This document shows, one piece after another, positions 48,801 to 60,800 of a DNA stretch of 64,000 bases. The stretch is from an uncultured Clostridia bacterium. Lineage in GTDB: Bacteria > Bacillota > Clostridia > Christensenellales > UBA1242. The notes beneath the pieces are model-generated. The model was not told the origin of the DNA and did no database searches. It saw only the letters and a list, made by a program, of their open reading frames with translations. Every line of letters begins with the position of its first letter. Position 1 is the first letter of the stretch. The position numbers and the translations under genes are program-made. The stretch covers positions 4,986-68,985 of the forward strand of contig CANQDK010000007.1 of NCBI GenBank assembly GCA_947591785.1, written 5' to 3'.

Positions 48801-51800
48801 AGTTCAAATGATTATGAACGTCATCTGCAAAGTATTGTGCTTGCCCATCTTTCTTTGTTGCCCAACCAGCAAATGTATAGCCTGTAAGTTCAAAGCCAAT
48901 TGTATTTGCATTCTTTATTGTGATGTTTTCTTCGTATGTCTTATTTTCTTCTTTGAAAACATTTTCATTGTCTTCGTCTTCTGTTGACTTATTTTTTGAA
49001 GAATAGTTCCTGTTATAAACAAGAGTGAATGTGTTTTCTGCCCAAACAAGACTAAGTTCAACCGTTCTGTTTTCAACTTTTGTCAAATTCTTAACTTCTT
49101 CTGGAAGTCTTGTCACAATGTTTGAATCTGACTGATAAGTCCAATAATCAGCATGGTATCCAGTGCGTGCAAAATAGTCATCACCATTAATGATTTGTGC
49201 GGTAAAATCTTCATCGTATCTGACAGTCAATGTTGGTGCAACCTTATCTGATTTTGCACTTCCACCTTCGCCAGCACTAAATGTGACATAATAGGTGTTT
49301 GCACACCAAACAGCATAAAGGTTATCTCCTCCAATTTTTTCAAGTGTGTAAGGAGAAGCATTTGCATATTCAGGAACAAAACTGTCCTCTTCTTCTCTTG
49401 TCAAATCATCATGAGCTTCTTTTGTCCAGCCAACAAAATGATATCCTTCACGCGTGAATGTGTTGTCATTCAATGTTGTTGCTGTCATATATAAAACATT
49501 CTGTGTTGCAGTTTTTTCTTCAGATTCCCCTGAAATATTGCTATGGAATGTCAAAACATATTCCTTTCCAGATGCTTTTGCAAAAACACTGATGGATTTT
49601 GCTTCATTTTCTTCATTAACAGTTGCGATTTCTGTGGTGTAATTTCCAGTATCAACTGCTCCGCCACTCATTTTTGGTTCTTTTGCATCATCAATAAACC
49701 AACCGTCAAATTGATAGCCACCATCTTGTCCTTCAACTTCCGCATCAGATTTTAATTTGTAAGACAAAGTTGCTGTTGTTCCATATTTTAAAGTGAATTT
49801 GCCATTTTGTGTGAATGATTCAACTGTCTTTTCATAACCGTTGATTGTAACATCAATTTTTTCAATAAGGTTTGGTGTGAAAGAAACGTTAACATCAATT
49901 TCTTTAAGTGTGTAATATATGCTCAAAATTGTTTTTTCAGGATTTGCAACAATCTTTTCATTTGTATTTGCAACAATTTCATCTCCAACCAATTTTCTAT
50001 CTGCTTTGAAATCAAATCTTGTATAGCCTTTGATAGTCAAATTCTTGTCAACTGGCACTTCTGCAATACCTGTGCCTGTAAGAGCTTGTGCTGTTGCATC
50101 TTTAATTGTTTCGCCATTCAAGTCTTGCATTTCATTTGCAGATTTAAAACGCATTCCTTGATACTCAACAATATCTTCGCCATCATTTTCAAGTGTTTCA
50201 ACATAGTATTTGATTATATAATCCTGCAAAGTTGGACTTATTGATGCAAAAACAAGCAAATTGCTGTTTGGCATTGTGAATGTTCCTGTCAAATCTTCAA
50301 CACTTGTTGAAACAACAACTGGTGGTTCTGTTTCAAAATGATTGAGTTTATATCCGTCGGCAATAGAGATTGTCACAACAACTTTTGTGCCATAACGAAC
50401 TTTATAAACTGTTTCAGTTGAATTGTCAACATCTGTATCTTCTGCATAAGAATCACCAAGTTTTTCAACCTTTTCAACATAACTATCATCAGCCAAAGGC
50501 TTTAAAGTTACGTTTGGTGATTGACGAAGAGTCAATTCATACTGGATTCTGTTATATTTAATCACAATCTTGTTGCTACTTGGTTCAGCGACAATAGTGA
50601 TTGACAAGTTCTCACCATTTTCAATCAATTCATCATTGAAACTGTAAGCATAGAATCCTGTCAACAAATGACTTGCCTGATTGACAACTTCTTCAATATC
50701 TGCATAAGTCAAAGCTGTTGCCATTGTTTTTGTGCCACTGTATGGAACAATTTTAACTTCCTCTGGATTTGAAACATAATCTTTTCCATCTGTTGTTTCA
50801 TACAAGAATTCAACTGTATAGCCAATTTTATTTGGTGTTGATTTTGCAACTAAATGAGTGTCATCAGCAAAATTGAATGTCAAATCTTCAAGCTTAACAT
50901 CATCTTTATAAAATCCTTCAAAAGAATATCCTGGAACTGGCACTCCTTCAAGAGTGATTTCTTGATAATACTTGATTTTCATTCCGTCAGAGCCAAGAGT
51001 TTGTTTTTCAGAACCTTTTTGTGTGACTTCTATTTTTGACACACCTTCTTTAAGTTCAACCGTCAATGTAAATGACTTTCTTGTGTAATATCTTGCAAGA
51101 ACAAGTTGAGTGATGTTACCCTCACCTTTTTGTGTGACATCCCCTTCAAGTTTTCCGTTGTTTTGTTCTGTAACTTCACTGCTGAATTTAAAGCCAAAAT
51201 ATTCATATTCTGCAATTGTCACAGTTGTGTCAATAAATCCAATAAGTTCTCCTGTGTGAGTGTCAAGTTCTCCTGCATCTGTTGTTTCAATGTCAAGATG
51301 ATATGTTCCGTCAAGTCCTTCCAAATAGTATTCCACTCTATATTCAGTTGGAGCACCAGCCCACATTGCATAGATTTTTCCTTCTGCATCAGTTTCACTT
51401 TCAAGATTAAACACATAGAAGTCGTATTTTTGCATTTCTGATTCACTTGTCACACTTCCGTGTTTAACTTTATAAATTCCACCAGCCGCATTTATGCTCA
51501 AAAGGTATACTTGAACATCTTCTTGACTGACAACGCCATCAGCATCCATTTTGTCTTGCAAAGCGTTTGTTATATCTTTTGAATCGTCTGTATATTTTGA
51601 TTTGCCTTCTTCGTTAAGTTTAACTGGTGAAACCGTGCTCCACCCAGCAAAGTTATAACCAGCACAAGTTGGTTCTTGTGGAATCTTGAGAGCGACATCA
51701 TAAGTTGCACTCAATTTTCTTTCGCCGCTATACTCTGCTTCACTTCTCCAAAGTTCAAGGTTGACATAATATGAATTTGCAGTCCATTTTGCATAGACTT

Positions 51801-54800
51801 CAACATCATTAAGTGTTCCACTAACAATTTCAGTTATCTGGCTGTATTCTTGGAAATCTTCTGTTGTAAACCACCCTTCGAAACTGTAACCCTTTCTTTG
51901 AACATTTTCTTCTGTTGGAAGAGTTATTGGAAGTTCATTTGAATGGAATGAATGTTTGATTTCTTCTTCGTTTTTCCATTCACCATTATTAAGATTATAT
52001 GTGATAAAATATTCAATTTCTGTGTTTTCTTCCCATGTTGCATAAAGTGTTATTGTTGGATATACCTGTCCATCAACTTCGCCATTTGCAAGGAACAATC
52101 CATTTCCAAGTCCAAAATTGTTTTCTTCATTTAAAACAATCTCTTTTCCGTCTTTTGTGTATGCCCAACCAGCAAATTTATATTGTCTTGATTCAAATCT
52201 TGGACTCAAATCAATTCTTTCAGAATATCTATAAACTTTTTCTGTTTCAATATCTTCAATTGGAGTGATTGGATAATCGTATTCCACGCCTTCTTTCTTG
52301 TCTATATATTTGATTCTATATGAATTTTCAACTCTTCTTGCATAAAGTGTTGTCGCATTTTCAAGCCCATTTTCACCAGTTGCAATTTCTTGTCCAAATT
52401 CATATTTTGTTCCACCATTGCTTGCTGTTGTGCACCAGTAACTGAGTGTCCAACCTTCAACAGCAAGTTCTGGCAAATCTTCTTCAGATAAAATCACTGC
52501 ACCAGAATCAAATATCACAGAAACTGGCTTTGTTGTTCCGTTACCCTTTCCATCTTTGTTTTGATTGTATGTTATATCAAAAGTTTTTGCTTCCCAACGA
52601 ACATACAAAGTCATGAAATAGCCATCTTTTACGGCATCATATTCAACTCTTGCTGGGGTTGTTGGAGTGATTCTGCTTTCTTCTGCAGTCACTTCACGAT
52701 TAATCCACCAACCACCGTTGTTATAACCATGACGAGTTGTTGCTCTTGTGATGTCGGACAATCTTGCAGATGCCAATGTATCTTTGTCAGAAACAGCACT
52801 ATCAAATGTTTCATCATAGCGGACATAGAATTTATATGTCTTGTTGCCAAATTCATCGCTCTCTGCTTTTGCACCGTTTTCACCTGCAATTGAAGTCATT
52901 GAAAGTCTTGCTTCCGTTGAACCTTGAAGTCTGCCATTTTCATCGTGATCATTTAGGTTGATTGTCACTTCAATAAACACGCTTTCCCATCTAGCATACA
53001 AAGTCACATTTGAACCTGTTGCCAAATTGTAAAGTTTTGTTTTTGATGAAGTGTAAATGTTTTCATCAACATAGATACTGCCATTTGTTATGCCATCTCT
53101 ATTTGCATCACCGCTAGCATTTCTTGCCCAGCCTGTGAACACATAACCATTGCGTTGAATCTGTGAGGTGAATTCTATGTTTTCATCATCAAATTCAAGA
53201 ACATAGTCATACGCGTATGTTGTTCCAGAATTTAAAGTCATTCCGCTTGTTTCGGTGACACTCTTAATCTCGCCACCATTTCCTACCAATGACAAAAGAT
53301 ATGTTTCAGCTTCCCAAATTGCAAACAAACTTGTTCTTGAAGTTTTTATCCAATATCCAAATTCGTTTGTATAAAGTGAAATATCTTTCAAGAAATTGCC
53401 TTCATTGTCAGTCAACAAACTTGTCTTGTCTGTTGATGTTCCCCAACCCAAGAATTTATAACCATCACGTGATGCAACAGGTTTAAGGACAATCTCGTCA
53501 TCAACATGAAATTCATTTTCATAAATATTTGTAGAACCAAACTGAACGTAAGCAATATTATCTGCAAGAGTTAATTCTTCATCAGCACTATAAATTTTTG
53601 CTTCTGTTGAGCCAAATCCATCATTAACATCGTTGAGATTATATTGTAAAGCATATCTTACTTCACTCCAATTTGATATATATGTTCTGTTGCCAACACT
53701 ATTTGTTGGAATTGTTGCAGCGGAAGAACCCTTAACAACAAGTGAAGATTGAATTGACACATCTGGAGCTTCTTCAAAAAGAAGATAAGCAACACAGGTT
53801 TGTGACGCACTAAATTTTCCGTCTGCGACTGTCAAAAATTCAATAAATTCTCCACGCAAATTGAATGTTGCAACTTTGCAATCAACTTTTGTGTTGAGAG
53901 AGTATTCCACACCACTTCTAAGTGTGAAAGCATGAGTATAGATTGAATTTTTACCTACTTCACTAGCGACAAAATCTCCACTGCTTGATATTGTGCCAAT
54001 AAACCACTTATCAAATGTGAATGTTTCTGTCCATTCTTCAAAATTGAATCCAACACGAGTCATATCTTCTGCAGTTGGAAGATAAACTTCATCTGTGTAG
54101 TTGTATGTTTGTTTTCTGTTTCCATTATTCCAAACCACATCATTTGGAACGGTGTAATTTATGTTGTATTCTTCAAGTGTAAAGACTGGCCTTAAAGTTA
54201 TATCTCCATATTGTCCAGCCAATATTGATGAACTGAATTTTTCTCCAGCATTCCAACTTCCGTTTGAAGAAACAACTTCCCATTCTGTGACAACATATCC
54301 TATTGCACGAAGATTTGTTTCTGTTGGAAGAACAATTGGAGTGTAGATTGTGTATGGGATATTTTCATAAACATATCCATTTGCCCATTTGCCTACAATA
54401 TTATCCGAACTTGTTGATGAATAAGTGAGATAATATTCTTTTGGCGTGTAGTAAATTTCAATAACAAGACTTCCATCTCCTTCAACTTTGAAAAAGACTT
54501 CTTCTGGACTTATTTCATCTGTTGCAAGATTATGGAAACCTTTTGCAGGATTTCTCTTTTGTTCTGTGTCCAAACCTGTGTAGTAAACAGAACCATAATA
54601 TTCAAATCCCTTAAGTCCTTCAAATTCTTGACTGTCAATAAATCTTAAAATTTTTGCAAGCGAGAGATTTGAGTCTGTGATTCCATCTTCGCATGTTCTA
54701 GCATTTTCGTATGCTGCCCAACCACCATTTTGATTTTGTCTGACAAATCTTACAACATATTGAATATCTTCTTTTGGTGTTGCATGTGCAGAAACATAGT

Positions 54801-57800
54801 AAGCAGAAGCTGAAAGAAAATCAAAAGTATGTGTTGCAGTTTCACCAGCAACTGTTCCAACAACTGTTTCAGGATTTGAAGTTGTTCCTGCAGTCCATTG
54901 TGAAATGCTGTAACCTTCTTTCGCAATAGATGTTATTTCAACACTGCTTCCATAAATAACCGTTATCGAACCACTCTTTGTCTGTTTATCAACAACAATG
55001 TCATCATTAACTTTGATTGACACATTCAAAACACCAACGCCAACTTCATAAGAAAGGCTGAAACCAACTGCTGTCCAATGAGCATACAAAGTGCCAGTAA
55101 GTGCTTGCGAGTAAATCCATTTCCCATCACCACTCAACCAGCCAGCAACTTCAGTGTCAACAATAGTTCCGTCTGCATTGAAAACCTTATTTCCTGAAGT
55201 TCTATCCGTATAGAATCCTTCAAGTTCAAATCCAGTTCTTGCTGCAACAGGAGTCCCATCACGATGTTCGTCAATAATCATAGGATTTTGAGTGTTGTAT
55301 TTTATTGTCTTAGTGTAAGTCCCACTTGGAGCAGGAATAACAGTTGATGTTGGATTGTCAAGTTCAAAAGTGATAACTGTGTCAATTTCACTCCATTCAG
55401 CTTGCAAAACAACATTTCCCCAAAGAACTCCATCTATATTTTCCAAATTTCCAGCAATAGAATTTATTCTGGCATTTTCCCAAGTTTGTCCAATTGAAGA
55501 ATCAGTTCCGTCAGCAATAACAAGCCAACGCACAGAATAACCATCTTTTCTTATTATAAAGTTGTTTCCAACAAAAGTGTCCTTTTGATATTTGGTTATG
55601 TAAAGTTTAACTTCTGGACTTTTAATTGTGTAACTCATCGTCTGATCAAGAGTCGATGTTGAACCATCAGCAAATTCAAACGTTCCACCATTTGCTTTAA
55701 ATGTGATTGTGTAAGAATTTAAACTCCAATCCGCAAATAGTTCAAGTGCTGAGCCAACATCACTTCTATCACTCTTCCAAACACCATTTTCTGTAAATCC
55801 ATCAACATTACTGAAAGACCAAACATTGTTTCCTTCAATATTTTCAACTTTAAGCAAAAGTTGAGTCTTTTCACCGAGTGAAACAGTGTAGCCTTTCAAA
55901 GTGTATCCATTCTTTTGAACAGGAATAACTGCTGCTGTGTCACCCTCTGAGTCAGCAAAGAGTTTACTATTGTCATATTCAACATAAATCAGCAAATCAC
56001 TTGTTGCACCTGCACTGTTTTTAAGAAGAACAGAATATCTCTCTGCTTTCCAATTTACATAAATGTTGGCATCTTTAACAGTGAATGTTAAAACTCCTTC
56101 ATCTTTCAAGATGTTTCCACTTTCGTCTGTCAAGGCAATTCCTGAACCAGCTTCGCCCGAGCGGTATCCTTGGAAAATGTAGCCTTCACGAGTATAACTT
56201 GACAAAGTTTTGAGTGCATTTCCAACAACTTGATTGCTTGCATCAATACTTGAATAGAATCCAATTCCATATTTTAAATATAGATATTCATCTTCTTCAT
56301 TATTGCATTTCTTAACAGTCAATTTGATTGTTTTTGGAGTGAATATTGGATAAAGAGTTTCTTCTCCTGCCAAAATCCAAGCACCTACTGAATCCGTATG
56401 TCCTTCAATATTTGGAACAAGTGCACCAGTCGAATCAATAAGAGCTGTTTTTCCACCAAGTTCAAGTCCCCAACCGCTGAAATTAAATCCGTCTTTCTGG
56501 ACTGTTGGCATCTTTCCAAGAAGTGTTGAACTGTTGAAAGTTGCAGTCATTGTTTCTGTCATTGGAGAGATTTCGTTGTTAAAATGAATTGTAAATTGGC
56601 GTGCTTCCCAAGATGCTGTGATAGTTGTGTCTCCTGCTGAGTATGTCCATTTTCCAATAATAGCACCATTCTCGTCAATAACTTTTGTTCCGCCAATATA
56701 CCAACCTTTGAACAAATATCCTTCAGGATTTGTCCTTGCTTTTAGAGCAGAAATTTTTTGCCCATCAAGTTGGTTTTCTTTATAACCTACCTTAATTTCA
56801 TTTCCATCATACTTCACATAAACAGTCACTGGTGTTTCATTTGATTGTGCAACGCCATCAAACAAAGCTTCCTGTGAATTTGTGTTTTTTGCACCATTAC
56901 TGTTCAAATCAAGTGTCAAGGCAATTAAGTTTGCTTCCCATTGTGCAACAAGAGTAACATTTCCATACATTCCCTTAAACGAGAAGTTTTCTGTTGGGTA
57001 GATTGTTCCGCTTTTCCAAGTTCCAGAAGTTGTTTTTGGCATCCAACCACCAAATTTATATCCACGCATAGTTGCTGTTGGCAATGGATTTCCATCACTT
57101 CCTTCACCTGTTGCTGTTCCATCAGTCCAAGTTGTTCCACCAACTGTATAACTCTTCACTGCGTTATCACTCAATGTTGCGTCATCAATTCCTTCATAGG
57201 TGACTGTGTATAAAATTTCTTTCCAAACTGCATAAAGTGTTTGGACAGTTTCGTTATCATTATCTTCAAAAGAGGTTGGGTTAAATAAGTCTGTTGGCTT
57301 CACAAGAGTGAAAGAATTTACGTCCTTATATTTCAAAGTTCCGCCACCAAAAGTGTGAGTCCAACCAACAAATTCATAGCCATTCTTTACAACCTGCCCC
57401 TGAACAGCATTTCCTTCTGCATCAAGTCCAGGCAAATTTCCATAAGCTTCTGCGTATGTCAATTTTTTCGTTGCAGATGTTGATGTTGAATCAATATCCC
57501 AGCCAGTTGCAATTCCTGTGTCATTAATTGTTGCACCATCACCACCTGTTGTCAAAGTGACATTATAACTTCCTGGTTCCCATTGAGCATAAACATTTAT
57601 TCTTGTGTTGTTATCTCTAATCCACTTTCCATTAGCAACATAACCATCGTTATTGTTGAGCATTGCATTTCCTGTGATAAGAATTTTTGCAGTATTTTCC
57701 TTACCAATTGCCCAACCATTGAAGTTTGTGTAGCCAATCGGTTTTGTTGGAGTGATTTGTGCTGATGTCACAATACCAGAACCAACACCATTATCTCCAA

Positions 57801-60800
57801 CTGATTGATAAATTTTTGAATCATCAAAAACAACATAGACTGGATTTGTTGTATTTAAAGAAGAACCATTATAGTTGTTTAGATTAAGGTAAATCGCAAA
57901 ATTATGTGGTATCCATTTAGCATAAAGAACGCAAACCAAAACTCCAGATTTATCTTCACCAGCATAAATCCAATTTCCATTGGCATCTGTTCTTTCAGAC
58001 ACATTCTTTTGCAGACGTCCTGTTGCATCGAAAACAACAGCACCGTTGCGATTATCTTGTCCACTGATTGTCCAACCAGCAAAATCATAGCCATCTCTTG
58101 TTGCGATTGGTAAAGCAGTTGTTTCTCCTTCTTCATCTTGATAGATGTGTGTTGTGTCATAAAGAGCCCAAACTGCACCGTCAATATATCCGCTTCCTGT
58201 CGCAGTTGTTGAGCCATAAGGTTTTTCGCTTGCAGAATCATTCAAATCAAGCACGATTTTGATTCTTCTAGCACCCCAAACTGCATACAACATTGTTCCA
58301 TATTTATCGCCAGATGACGAATCAACAACTGTGTCAACAGAGAAGCCATTTGCAGTGTTGTAAACCAATTTTTGATTTAAGCTGAAAGTTACTGATTGTG
58401 AGAATTGACTTGTGCTCCAACCAAGAAGCGTGTAGCCAGGACGAGTGAACACCAGTCCTTTCAATGTGCAAGATTCATTGTAAGTTGCTTCATCAATATC
58501 GTCTTCCCCTGAAACAAGAGTCGAATTGTCCCCACCAACATATTTAATATAGTAAACATTTGATTTCCAAACAGCATAGAGTGTTGTTCCTGTGATTGTT
58601 CCAGTTGTATCAGCTGAGAAACCATTTGTTGTGTTGTATGTGAGATTCACTCCAAGACCAAACTGAGCTTCAGCAGTTTTTGAAGGAGTTGTTTTTGTCA
58701 AGCTCCACCCAATGATAGAGTATCCTTCTTTAGAGAAAGCTTTACCATTGTTTGTATTAAATGATTTGTCATAATCCACCTTGTCTGTTGCAGTTCCAGA
58801 CCCAGTGTTTGCATCATAAGTTATTGTATAATTTCTTGGTGTCCATTGAGCATAAATCTTAATGTTTGAAGTTGTGTCTACTTTTGTTTCCTTTGTGACA
58901 GAAGTGCCATCTGTTGCAGAAGTAAACCAACCCTTAAATGAATACCCTTCTTTTTCAAGTGTTGGCAAATCTCCATAAGTTGCATCATAAGTCACATTTT
59001 TTGTTGCACCTGTTTGAGTTGTTGCCCAGCCACTTGGCAAAGTTCCTTTAACTTTTCCGCCACCAAAATCCGCTTCCAATTTAATATCGGTTCTTGCAGA
59101 CCAAACAGCATAAAGGTTTATTGTTCCGCCATCAAGAGGCTCAACGTCAAAAGTTGAACCATTGACTGACGCACCGCCAGAAAACTTAGCAGATGTTGCA
59201 GTTCTGGATTCTGCCCAACCAGCAAAATTATATCCTTCTTTTGCCCAATCAGTTGGAAGAGTAAGAAGAGCCTTGTTGGTTTCATAGACAAATCCAGTTT
59301 GAGAAGTTGTCAATTCACCAGAGTAGCTTGCTTGTGTGTCATTGATGTAATAATTTATTGTATAAGAATTTGGAACCCAAACAACATAGATATTTTTCTT
59401 TTCATTGTTTACAGGTTTGTTTGTAAATTCAGCACCAGTGATTTCTTGCTTATCATTAAGCAATTTCCCACCAGTTGCAGTTTCAGCCCAACCGCCAAAA
59501 TGGTAGCCCTTTCGTGTCCAAGCACGATCATTAAATGCTGACAATGCTTTTGCTGTGTCATAAACGAAGCCTGTTTGTTCATAAGTTTCCGTTGTTGAAT
59601 AATTTTTGTTAAAGACGATGCTATATGAGTTTGCTTCCCAAATTGCATACAGTGTTTTGTCAGATGTCCAACTGTAAGCTATATTTTGTTGCCCGAGAGT
59701 GTAAGTCACAGCACTATTAGTTTCGCCCCAACCAATCAAATGGTAACCCGTTTTGGAGAAAGCAGAGCCGTTGTTTGCAGTAAATGTTTTACCAAAAACA
59801 ACTTTTTCGGATGCAGTTCCATTTCCACCATTTTTGTCGTATGTAAGAGTGTAAGTGACAGGAGTCCACTGAGCATAAATGGTATGTGCGTTTGCATTAG
59901 TCACCTTAGTAGATGACGTAACATTAACATTTGGAGCACCTGTTCCTTGCTTAGCAGTTCCCCAACCTGCGAAAGTATGGCCAGGTTTATTTGTTGTTGC
60001 AGATGTTGGCAAATTTGAGTAATTGCTGTTATAGTTCACCGTAATAGAATCAACAGAGCCAGCACCTCCGTCCCAATCCAAAGTGACAGTCACGCTTTTA
60101 GCAGTCCAGTTTGCAATAAGTGTAACAGACGCATCAGCAGTGAGCGTCAAATCACTGAAATAGGAATTTTTTGTAACCGTACCATTCCAAGAACTTACAT
60201 TTGAAGTGGAAGTTCCACTTTTTGCGGAAGAAGTGTTAAGTCCATTAGAAGAATTAGATGACCAACCTGCAAAATTGTAACCTGTCAAAGTTGGAGAAGT
60301 AATATTGAACGCAGTTCCAACTTTTGCAGAAACATCGCTAGGCATATTAGACAAACTAGATGTAGTCATTCCTGAAGGGAGATTTGAATTAAACTTAACA
60401 GTGTAAGCCACACCATTCCAATGAGCATATAGAGTTTGATTTGAATCTGTTTGGAAAGTGCTTGACGAAGTCACCTTTGTGCCACCCGTAGCAGATGTAT
60501 ACCAACCAGCAAAAGTGTAGCCACTTCTTGTAGGAGAGGTGTTAAGGGTAGAGCCATAAGTAGAATTATATGCAAGAGTATAAGATGAAGGCATACCTTT
60601 CACAGAAGTGTCTGTGCAGTTTTGATTAAAGGAGATAGTCCACTTGTGAGCGGTCCAAGTTGCCCACAAAGTTGGTTTCAAATCCGAAACAGTGCTTGAA
60701 CTTGTAATAACACTTCCAGAAGTAGAGTTTAATCTCCAATTTGCAAAGTCATATCCAACTTTAGTAGGATGAGTGTTCAATTTGGTTCCATAAGTCGAAC

